Positions 16,157 to 24,343 of a stretch of 38,737 nt of DNA are shown one piece after another. The notes beneath the pieces were generated by a model. That model worked only from the letters and a program-made list of their open reading frames with translations. It ran no database searches and was not told the origin of the DNA. Position numbers and translations under genes: made by a program. Numbering within the stretch: the first letter of the stretch is position 1; each line of letters starts with the position of its first letter. This DNA is from a virus. Lineage: Duplodnaviria > Caudoviricetes. The stretch spans positions 1 to 38,737 of IMG/VR virus record IMGVR_UViG_3300025502_000062; one strand, written 5' to 3'.

Positions 16157-18129
16157 TGAGCTGGAATAACTTATCGAGCTGGAACTCCTTGACAGGGGCG
16201 GTAGCTGCAACTATTAGCGCGGTAAGTTCTAGCCGTGGAGCAGACATTGCCACAGCCAATGACACCTTAACGATAACGGTTAATGCCTCATTTGGGGTTA
16301 CTGATGTTACTGTTAATGGAGAGGTTTGTACTTCAGTCGCAAGACCTACTAGTACGAGTGTTACTTGCATATGCCCATTGGGTTTTGGTGCGGTTTACGA
16401 AACTAGTGGTGACGTAGTTGTAAATAACGGTGTAGATTCTGCAGGCTACTCAGTCACGTTGAGTGTCCCAAGCACGATGATAGAGACTGATTTCACAGTC
16501 GCTTATGCATCATTGGGTGCTGAGTGTCCTTTTGCTGGTGATACAGATTTTAGTGCAATAGTCATTGGCGATAGTTGTATTAGAGATATAATTACAGCAC
16601 CAGACAGTCACTTTATTAGAATGACTGGTGACGGTGTATTTGCTTTATTCACTGATGGTACTTTCACAACTCCGGCAACAGTCACTAGAACACAAACTTA
16701 TAATTATTATATTTGGGATGCTTCGGATAATACCCAAAGTGCTTCTATTGGCATTGTTACAGGAACCTTTGTGGCTACGCCAGACACCACACCTGACCCA
16801 TTTACTTTTAATAATCAAACTGATGTTGCCTTATCTTCAGAAATAACATCAGACCCCATCACTATTACAGGAATAAACGCCCCCTCTGCAATAAATATAA
16901 GTATCGGTACTTACGATATTAATGGCAGTGGCAATTTCGTTTCAACTGAAGGTTTAGTTAATAATGGAGATTTAATAAGAGTAAGACATACTTCTGCTGC
17001 CTTTAATGGTTCCAATACAGTATCCATACTCACTGTGGGCGGCGTATCTAATGCTTTCATAAGCATAGTTATTGACTTAGATACAACAATACCTGTTATT
17101 ACTTTGGTCGGATCGTCACCAGTTAGTGTGGTTGAAAATACAATCTACACAGATGCCGGAGCAACTGCTAGTGATAATATCGATGGTAATATTACTAGCA
17201 GTATTGAGATACTAAACCCTGTTGATATCGAAACCATTGGTCAATACACAGTCACTTATAATGTGACTGATGCAGAAGGTAACTCGGCAACTGAAGTCAC
17301 TAGAACGGTTAATGTCATTGCTTTAGCTGATGTTATCATTCCGGTTATTTCCCTTCTTGGATCAACGCCAATTGATGTAACAGAAGGCACTTCTTATTCT
17401 GATGCAGGAGCAACAGCCACAGACAATATTGATGGCGATATCACAGGAAATATAGTTACTGTTAACCCCGTTAATATTAACATCGTTGGGGCTTACAACG
17501 TCACTTACAACGTGGACGATGCCGCAGGTAATTCAGCGGCTCAAGTCACGCGGGTAGTTAATGTCGTCGCAGATATCATCCTGCCGGTAATAACCGCTAC
17601 TGGCGACTTAACTATTAACCACACTGTTGACACTGTTTACACTGATCAAGGCGCAACTTGGACAGATAACGTAGACGGCGGGCCTTTTGCAGTTACAGAC
17701 ATAAATGGAACTGTAAATACGGCGGTAATTGGTACGTATACAATAGCATATAACGCCTTAGACGCAGCAGGTAATCGAGCAACAGAAGTTGTCAGAACGG
17801 TTAACGTAGTCGCAGAGTCCACAGGGACTAGTCCTCTGGTTGTTACAAATATAACCACAGTAGCAGACAACATATCAGGCAGCTTGCCTTATGACGGCGG
17901 GAATTTGGCGGTTGATACTGTTAGCGCAATAACGCACATAAGCAACGGTTTGAACTACACGGCTAATCAACGTTTATGCGTAAGCATTGACACGGCTAAA
18001 GCCTACGTCGCTGGCGGGCTCCCGTTCACTAGTGCTGGCCGTATGGCCATGACCACCGACGCGGTTATCTACTATAGCAATGGGTGGCCATTCGCCGCTA
18101 ATGGGCGTATAGCGGTTACAGTGGCTTAG
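16156..18129 (+). CDS. Surface protein with three tandem DUF5011-type Ig-like domains
   Basis: ~81-aa repeats at ~17080-17321, 17329-17571, 17572-17814; C-terminal short G(L/W)x(F/Y)xxxxR repeats. Confidence 0.85.
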   Translation: MSWNNLSSWNSLTGAVAATISAVSSSRGADIATANDTLTITVNASFGVTDVTVNGEVCTSVARPTSTSVTCICPLGFGAVYETSGDVVVNNGVDSAGYSVTLSVPSTMIETDFTVAYASLGAECPFAGDTDFSAIVIGDSCIRDIITAPDSHFIRMTGDGVFALFTDGTFTTPATVTRTQTYNYYIWDASDNTQSASIGIVTGTFVATPDTTPDPFTFNNQTDVALSSEITSDPITITGINAPSAINISIGTYDINGSGNFVSTEGLVNNGDLIRVRHTSAAFNGSNTVSILTVGGVSNAFISIVIDLDTTIPVITLVGSSPVSVVENTIYTDAGATASDNIDGNITSSIEILNPVDIETIGQYTVTYNVTDAEGNSATEVTRTVNVIALADVIIPVISLLGSTPIDVTEGTSYSDAGATATDNIDGDITGNIVTVNPVNINIVGAYNVTYNVDDAAGNSAAQVTRVVNVVADIILPVITATGDLTINHTVDTVYTDQGATWTDNVDGGPFAVTDINGTVNTAVIGTYTIAYNALDAAGNRATEVVRTVNVVAESTGTSPLVVTNITTVADNISGSLPYDGGNLAVDTVSAITHISNGLNYTANQRLCVSIDTAKAYVAGGLPFTSAGRMAMTTDAVIYYSNGWPFAANGRIAVTVA

Positions 18130-18174
18130 TGGTATCATTAATTTTTTAACCCTACGACAATAAAGGAACACACT

Positions 18175-18918
18175 ATGCAAACAGCAGAATTTAACCACGA
18201 AGATTTCACCAATACGTCAAAAGCCGACGAATCGCTTATGGTTCGTTTTTTCCATAAAAACGTGAATAATAAACTGGAAAGTCAGGCACAAGGCCGTCCA
18301 GTTTTCACCGAAAAAACGTACATCGAAATTAGAGTCGCAGGACAACGCGACGTGCAAGTGTGCCGCCCTGTAACTTTCGCGGATAAACAGCGATTTCCTA
18401 GACACTTCGAAGCGTTCGAAAAGCGTGTCGAGGCACCTACCGAGGGCATGCCTTTGGTCGAGTGGCCAGCAATTACCCGCACACAAGCCGAAGAAATGGC
18501 GTTTATGAATGTCAAGACGGTTGAACAGCTTGCCGGCATGAAAGACGCCAATTTGGCCAAGTTTATGAACGGTTACAAATTGCGAGATAAAGCGGTCGAG
18601 TGGTTAGAGTACAACCAGAATAACATCGAAGACGCGGAAAAAGCAGAAATGCGCGAAACTATAGAGACAATGAAAAGGCAAATTGCGCTACTTACCACAC
18701 CCTCAGAAGAAGCCATAGCTCAATTTCGAGACATTGCTAAAGATGTTACAGACACGTCAGATGCCAAGACAGGTCTTAAAAGCACTCTTGACGAAACACC
18801 GGCAGAAGACCAGCCGCTAGCGCCTACAGAAATCACGCCCGACACCACGGAAGCGGTGAAAGTACCGGCAGCACCGGCAGGCGTTAAAAAACGCGCATCA
18901 CGTCGAAACAAGAAATAG
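18175..18918 (+). CDS. Hypothetical virion-module protein (247 aa)
   Basis: AAGGA RBS; GRPVF, DKQRFP, TVEQLA motifs; basic C-terminal tail; precedes adaptor. Confidence 0.8.
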   Translation: MQTAEFNHEDFTNTSKADESLMVRFFHKNVNNKLESQAQGRPVFTEKTYIEIRVAGQRDVQVCRPVTFADKQRFPRHFEAFEKRVEAPTEGMPLVEWPAITRTQAEEMAFMNVKTVEQLAGMKDANLAKFMNGYKLRDKAVEWLEYNQNNIEDAEKAEMRETIETMKRQIALLTTPSEEAIAQFRDIAKDVTDTSDAKTGLKSTLDETPAEDQPLAPTEITPDTTEAVKVPAAPAGVKKRASRRNKK

Positions 18919-18927
18919 GTGGACTAA

Positions 18928-19665
18928 ATGGCTGGCAATACGGGAATAATGGCAAACGAGATTCTTAACCGAGTCGCGGCGGAAGTGGGCATAGCGCCTA
19001 TTACTGACCCTATTGCCAGCACAGACCCTTTTTTCATTCAGCTTCGCTACCTACTAAACACAGCCGGCGAAGAGTTAATGCAAGCCTACCCATGGGAAAA
19101 ACTTGTCCGTACTCACCAGATAGTCACTGAAGCGGGCGATACTGGCGAATATGACATGCCCGACGATTTTGGGTATATCCTCAATCAGACGGAATGGGAC
19201 AGAACAAACAACATCGCCATGGGCGGGCCATTGTCTGCGGCGGAATGGACGTATTTAAAAGGGCGGGATTTAGCGTCAAACACTTTGTACGCTAGCTTTC
19301 GTATTTCACAGGGCAAATTCAACGTATTCCCAACCAATCCCACAGCAGGGCTAGACCTAAATTTCGAGTACATTACCTCTAATTGGGTACAGGACGGAAC
19401 AGACCCGACCGCGTACAAAGCCTCGGTTGAGATAGCGAGTGATATGCCGCTATTCGACAAAACACTTATCACCCGAGCAGTAAAAGTTAAATATCTTGAG
19501 TCGGGGGGTTTTGACACCACTAAAGCCCAAGGCGACTATAATCAAATTTTTTCCTTCCTGACAGGCACTGATAAAGGTGCCCCAGTGTTAAATGCTGGAC
19601 GTTCAGGCGGGCGCTACCCGTACTTAAACAGTCATAACACTCCTGACACGGGTTTTGGCTCTTAG
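18928..19665 (+). CDS. Head-tail adaptor protein
   Basis: Size, position and pattern (ILNRVAAEVG, YPWEKL, YDMPDDF) of podovirus adaptors. Confidence 0.72.
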   Translation: MAGNTGIMANEILNRVAAEVGIAPITDPIASTDPFFIQLRYLLNTAGEELMQAYPWEKLVRTHQIVTEAGDTGEYDMPDDFGYILNQTEWDRTNNIAMGGPLSAAEWTYLKGRDLASNTLYASFRISQGKFNVFPTNPTAGLDLNFEYITSNWVQDGTDPTAYKASVEIASDMPLFDKTLITRAVKVKYLESGGFDTTKAQGDYNQIFSFLTGTDKGAPVLNAGRSGGRYPYLNSHNTPDTGFGS

Positions 19666-19667
19666 AT

Positions 19668-21317
19668 ATGTTAGGGTCAGCTAGACGAACTGCAGGACGG
19701 CCACAGAAGCGCACGCATGAAACTATGCGCTACCCCGCGCCTATAAGGGGTATCGATAACCGTTTATCCCTAGGTAGTGGCGATATAAACCATTGTGTTT
19801 ATGCCTACAATTTAGTGCCTAACGAAGAGGGTATGCGCGTTCGTGAAGGGTATCGCGAGTGGGAAATAGGTGTTGACGCCGGATCAGGCGAGGGGGTACA
19901 CACTCTAATCCCTTTCAACACGTCAGATTCAGCCGCAGCAGATAAGCTATTTGCCGTAAATAATGAGGGTATTTGGGAGGTTACGGACTACGACACCGCA
20001 CCTAATCAAGTGGCCACATTCAGTAATCAAGCAGCCGATGCAGGGTATGGGACGTTTACACGTTACGTCACCCAAGCCGAAGTAGATGTGCTTTTTTACG
20101 CGGATAACTTGAATGGGCTCTGGGAATACACTGTTTCAACCGATACTTGGGCAGTGCCCACCGGCATAACTGGAATAACAGAGTCAGAAATAAACTTTGT
20201 AATATCATATAAAAATAACGTGTGGTTTGGCATTCGTGACAGCACCGTGGGGTATTGGTTGCCTTTACTGGCTAACGCCGGCGCAGTAACCCCCCAATAT
20301 TTCGGAGATAAATTCAGACTAGGTGGGGCTTTAAAAGGGCTGTTTAGTTGGTCAGTTGACGGCGGTGACGGCGTAGACGATATACTGATCGCGGTCAGTA
20401 GTTCCGGTGATGTGGTCGTGTACACAGGTTCAGGGCCAGATCAAGACGATTGGGGCATGAAGGGCGTTTATTATATAGGCGACATACCTAACACCCCGCG
20501 TTTTGGCAGTGAACAGGGCGGTGAACTGTACTTGCTGTGTTCTTACGGCATAGTAAGCATGAACGACCTTTTACAAGGCGTAGATACAACAGCCATTATG
20601 TCAGACACCGAAGGCAGTAGCATGTCGGTAAAGATAGCAAAAAGTCTGCGGCGTAAAATGAAGACCAGTTTAAATGAGCGTGGATGGGACGTGGCCATTA
20701 TCCCCTCACAAGGCGGAATTTTAGTGTCCACACCGCAGGTAGGAAGCGAACTAGCCGAGCAGTTTTACTACAATATCGCTACCAAAGGTTGGGGCGTTTG
20801 GCGAGGGGTTCCTATGGAATGCTTTGCTAACTACGGCGGGTTTGTGTACTTAGGCACCGCTGATGGCCGCATTATGGTCATGGATTCACCCGTAGATAAC
20901 GCACTAATAACCCCCACAGCACCGCCTATAAACGGCGATGACATAGAATTTTCCATCCTGACCATGTACAGCAATATGGGTTTAGATGGCATATACAAAA
21001 GAGTGCATTTAATCCGTCCAGATTTTATATCAAGCCTAGCCCCTTCGCACAGTTCACAAATGCGATGGGATTTTGACACTTTAGAGGGTGTCAACACTTC
21101 CCTTGAGGCACCCGTGGCCAACACTTCCGATGTATGGGACACAGGCGTTTTCGAAACAGCTATTTGGGGCTCCGACTCAGGCGTGGTTTTCCCTTCTATT
21201 GGCGGAGCATGGGGTCGAGGCAGATACGGCGCTGTGGCCACCCGTGGCACTTGTCGTACAGACACCAATTTAGTTGGTTGGGACGTAATTTATTCCGCAG
21301 GCGGGCCAATGTGGTGA
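19668..21317 (+). CDS. Tail nozzle / DNA stabilisation protein
   Basis: 549-aa beta-rich protein directly after adaptor; PAPIRG N-terminal motif. Confidence 0.72.
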   Translation: MLGSARRTAGRPQKRTHETMRYPAPIRGIDNRLSLGSGDINHCVYAYNLVPNEEGMRVREGYREWEIGVDAGSGEGVHTLIPFNTSDSAAADKLFAVNNEGIWEVTDYDTAPNQVATFSNQAADAGYGTFTRYVTQAEVDVLFYADNLNGLWEYTVSTDTWAVPTGITGITESEINFVISYKNNVWFGIRDSTVGYWLPLLANAGAVTPQYFGDKFRLGGALKGLFSWSVDGGDGVDDILIAVSSSGDVVVYTGSGPDQDDWGMKGVYYIGDIPNTPRFGSEQGGELYLLCSYGIVSMNDLLQGVDTTAIMSDTEGSSMSVKIAKSLRRKMKTSLNERGWDVAIIPSQGGILVSTPQVGSELAEQFYYNIATKGWGVWRGVPMECFANYGGFVYLGTADGRIMVMDSPVDNALITPTAPPINGDDIEFSILTMYSNMGLDGIYKRVHLIRPDFISSLAPSHSSQMRWDFDTLEGVNTSLEAPVANTSDVWDTGVFETAIWGSDSGVVFPSIGGAWGRGRYGAVATRGTCRTDTNLVGWDVIYSAGGPMW

Positions 21318-21751
21318 GGGTAGAGTTCAGACATTTTGTAGGTCAGTTAGATTGGGCTTGGGTTAATAGCCAAGTCGGAATCAAGCAATGCGAAGACACA
21401 GATGGTATCATCGCGATAAACCTTGACACAGGTAGCAAAATAGGCGCTTGCATAATGGATAACTGGACAGCAAACAGTGTGCAATGCCATTTTATGGTCA
21501 CTACGCCTATGGTGTTAAAACATGGTTTTTTAGAGTGCTGTTTCGATTTCATATTTAACTTTTCAGGTGTAGAGCGTATTTATGGCCTAGTGCCCGCTAA
21601 CAATGAAAAAGCGATAAAATTTAACACCCATATAGGTTTTACAGAAAAAGCCCGAATGGAAGAAGCCTTCGAAAAAGGTGTTGATTATTTGTTAATGGAG
21701 CTTAAACAAGAGAACTGTTTACACCTCCCCCAACACGAACAGGCGGCATAA
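21314..21751 (+). CDS. GNAT-family acetyltransferase-like virion-module protein (start moved to GTG 21314)
   Basis: VPANNEKAIKFNTHIGF motif; GTGA overlap with nozzle stop. Confidence 0.8.
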   Translation: MRVEFRHFVGQLDWAWVNSQVGIKQCEDTDGIIAINLDTGSKIGACIMDNWTANSVQCHFMVTTPMVLKHGFLECCFDFIFNFSGVERIYGLVPANNEKAIKFNTHIGFTEKARMEEAFEKGVDYLLMELKQENCLHLPQHEQAA

Positions 21752-21752
21752 G

Positions 21753-22595
21753 ATGGGCAAAAAGAGCGCGGCACCCACCGATATTACAGGCGCGGCAACT
21801 ATCGAAGGTGAATTTTCCCAAGACACGGCGCGAGATACAATCTACGCAGACCGCCCCGACCAGTACAACGCACTTGGCAGTAATACTTGGCAGCAAGAAA
21901 TGGTGACTGACCCAGCAACAGGGGAGAAAACAACCAAGTGGACGCAAAACCAGACTCTGTCGCCTGAAATGCAAAGTATTTTTGATAGTGACATGCAACG
22001 TAATAAGTCGTTAGGCAACACAGCTAACAGCTTGAATAGTCGCATAAATAGCGAAATGGGTGCACCCCTTGAATGGGGGCAGTTTGGCGAAGGCCAGCTA
22101 GGCCCAGAAGCCACCACTGGCGACGATGCGTTTAGTTGGTCGAGTAATAATCGCGGTCGAGCAGAAGACGACGCGTATGCACGCTCCACAAACCGCCTAG
22201 ACCCTAGATTTGAAAAAGAGCGAGCCACTATGGAGCGCACATTGACTAATCGTGGGCTACGAGCAGGCGATTCAGCTTACGATTCAGCTATGGAATCTTT
22301 TGGCACCACTAAAAACGACGCTTATGAGCAAGCCCGCTTAGGCGCTACAGCAGAAGGCCGCACAGAAGACAGTCAGGCGTATGGCCAAGCCCAAGGAGCA
22401 TGGGGCACTAATCGTGCCACTGAGCAACAGCGGTTTAACCAAGGGTCAGAGGCTACTAATCAAGCGAATGCGTTGCGTAGCCAGCAGATACAAGAATACT
22501 TGGGCAAGCGTCAGCAGAGCCTGAACGAGTCGAACGCGCTAAAAGGCGCTCAGACAACATCAGAAACTATTTCTAATTTTGGTAGCGGAGGGTAA
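21753..22595 (+). CDS. Internal virion (ejection) protein
   Basis: MGKKSAAP start; Q/N/A-rich helical; LTNRGL..G..AY motif; position. Confidence 0.65.
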   Translation: MGKKSAAPTDITGAATIEGEFSQDTARDTIYADRPDQYNALGSNTWQQEMVTDPATGEKTTKWTQNQTLSPEMQSIFDSDMQRNKSLGNTANSLNSRINSEMGAPLEWGQFGEGQLGPEATTGDDAFSWSSNNRGRAEDDAYARSTNRLDPRFEKERATMERTLTNRGLRAGDSAYDSAMESFGTTKNDAYEQARLGATAEGRTEDSQAYGQAQGAWGTNRATEQQRFNQGSEATNQANALRSQQIQEYLGKRQQSLNESNALKGAQTTSETISNFGSGG

Positions 22596-22599
22596 CCCC

Positions 22600-23130
22600 A
22601 TGGCTTTAGGTTTTGGACAATTTAATCGAGCGTCACGTGGTGAAACTCCTAGATTTGCTGCAGCAGCGCAGGCCGAAGGGCAAGAAGCTCACCGAGCCAA
22701 AGCGCAGTCAAATGCCTTGCGATCACAAAACATGATAGGCGGGGCACAAATGTACAACGCAGGCATGGGTGACAGATCACCTATAGCAGATGCTCTTTTT
22801 GGCCCGCAGACAACTACAATGCCTGCGGGTAATGACTTAGTACCTCTTAACGATTTTGCTGTGAACGGTGCACAAGCGCCACCTGCGGGTAATGACTTAA
22901 TACCCCTTAATGACGCGCCTTTAGGCGGGGCACAAATGACGCCTTTAGTAGATGAGGGTGCGGTGCAGGCCACAGAAATGATAGGTGAAGAATTGGCGAC
23001 CGAAGGGTTAGCCGATGCTGCATTATCCACCGGCACAGAAGCCGTAGCTGGTGGTGCGGGCGGGTCAGCTATGGCAGCTAGTATGCCCTATCTGTCAGCA
23101 GCACTTCTGGCCTATAATCTGCTTTCGTAA
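22600..23130 (+). CDS. Internal virion protein with internal repeat (start moved to ATG 22600)
   Basis: GGAGG RBS; PAGNDL(V/I)PLND twice; hydrophobic C-terminus. Confidence 0.65.
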   Translation: MALGFGQFNRASRGETPRFAAAAQAEGQEAHRAKAQSNALRSQNMIGGAQMYNAGMGDRSPIADALFGPQTTTMPAGNDLVPLNDFAVNGAQAPPAGNDLIPLNDAPLGGAQMTPLVDEGAVQATEMIGEELATEGLADAALSTGTEAVAGGAGGSAMAASMPYLSAALLAYNLLS

Positions 23131-23141
23131 CAGGAGCCACC

Positions 23142-24341
23142 ATGCAAAACCTACAGCAACTATCCCTAGCCCTTAGAAACGGCGCTCAAGGCAAGGCCAA
23201 GTTAGCCGGCCTAGATGAGCAGTACGGCGACGCTAAAGGGTTACGCGACTCGCAGGGCGCCAGTATTAACAAGTATGGCACAGCTTCGCCATTAGCCGTC
23301 GTGGCGGACGTTATTAATAACAGTCGTGGGCGGAAGGGTATGCGAGAAATTGCACCTACCCGAGCAGCCGCTAGAACAAATGTGGCCGCTAACGCCAATG
23401 CTTTGCCTTTGTATAACGCACAGCAAAAGCAAAACGCGACCACACAGGCCCAGACCAACTACGAACAGACGCGAACAGACGGCCTTTCACAATTCCGTAA
23501 ACAGCAAGAAGATATAGCTGCGCAAAATAAAATTAAAAATAGCGAAGTGGTTGAACTGGTCAGTTTGACAGACCCCGCCGACGTTAAACAAGCTACGGTT
23601 AGAGGCGGTCAATTTTTTGACATTAACTCAGGCCAACCATTAGACCCACAGGGGTACAAGCAGAAAACGCAATTTGCTCGCGGGTCGGGCAGCCGCTATA
23701 CGTTCCCTAAAATGAAAGACGCCTATGGCAACGATATTATAGGTAGAGCAGATAAGCAATCGGGCGAATTAACCCCTTTCAAATTTGCTGACGGTTCAGA
23801 TTACGACGAAGTAAAAGCGGCCCAACTGGGCGGCACTATCGCGAGTCAGGCGGGTTTAGAAACGGAAGAAAAAGAAAGCGCAAAGCTAACTGAACAGCGT
23901 AAACAGGAGCTTTCAGACGGCACCAAGTCTAGAGCGCAGAGTTTGCTAGAAGCTAACAACGCAATAAAAGCCCTTGAAGCCGGTGCAGGGTCAGGCAGTA
24001 TAGAAAGTAACCTGCCCGTGTGGCTGTTGCCTAACGAAGCCGAAACAACAAAACTTCGCAACGCTAAACAGAAACTAGGTTTAGAACAGATTGGCGAACA
24101 CACCTTTGGTTCGCTATCAGAAGCCGAAGGACTCTGGGTGCAGCAATCTCAAATTCCTGATTTAGACGAAGACGAACTGTTGCCCTACATGAAACACCGC
24201 CGCAGTGCTATGATGCGGGTCAACAAAGCAGCAGAATACGAACGTGAAGCCCTAGAAGCAGGCGAGCCAATAGACACAGGGCTTATAACCGAGATGCTGA
24301 CCGGCGACGGTTTTGATATGTCTGAATATGGGTATAAATAA
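23142..24341 (+). CDS. Internal virion (ejection) protein (399 aa)
   Basis: AGGAG RBS; helical; position in ejection module. Confidence 0.65.
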   Translation: MQNLQQLSLALRNGAQGKAKLAGLDEQYGDAKGLRDSQGASINKYGTASPLAVVADVINNSRGRKGMREIAPTRAAARTNVAANANALPLYNAQQKQNATTQAQTNYEQTRTDGLSQFRKQQEDIAAQNKIKNSEVVELVSLTDPADVKQATVRGGQFFDINSGQPLDPQGYKQKTQFARGSGSRYTFPKMKDAYGNDIIGRADKQSGELTPFKFADGSDYDEVKAAQLGGTIASQAGLETEEKESAKLTEQRKQELSDGTKSRAQSLLEANNAIKALEAGAGSGSIESNLPVWLLPNEAETTKLRNAKQKLGLEQIGEHTFGSLSEAEGLWVQQSQIPDLDEDELLPYMKHRRSAMMRVNKAAEYEREALEAGEPIDTGLITEMLTGDGFDMSEYGYK

Positions 24342-24343
24342 AA

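Noticed and set aside
21134-21313. N-terminal 60 aa of the 205-aa ORF as an overprinted extension
   Set aside because: Overlaps the nozzle gene; the GNAT domain begins at the GTGA overlap at 21314
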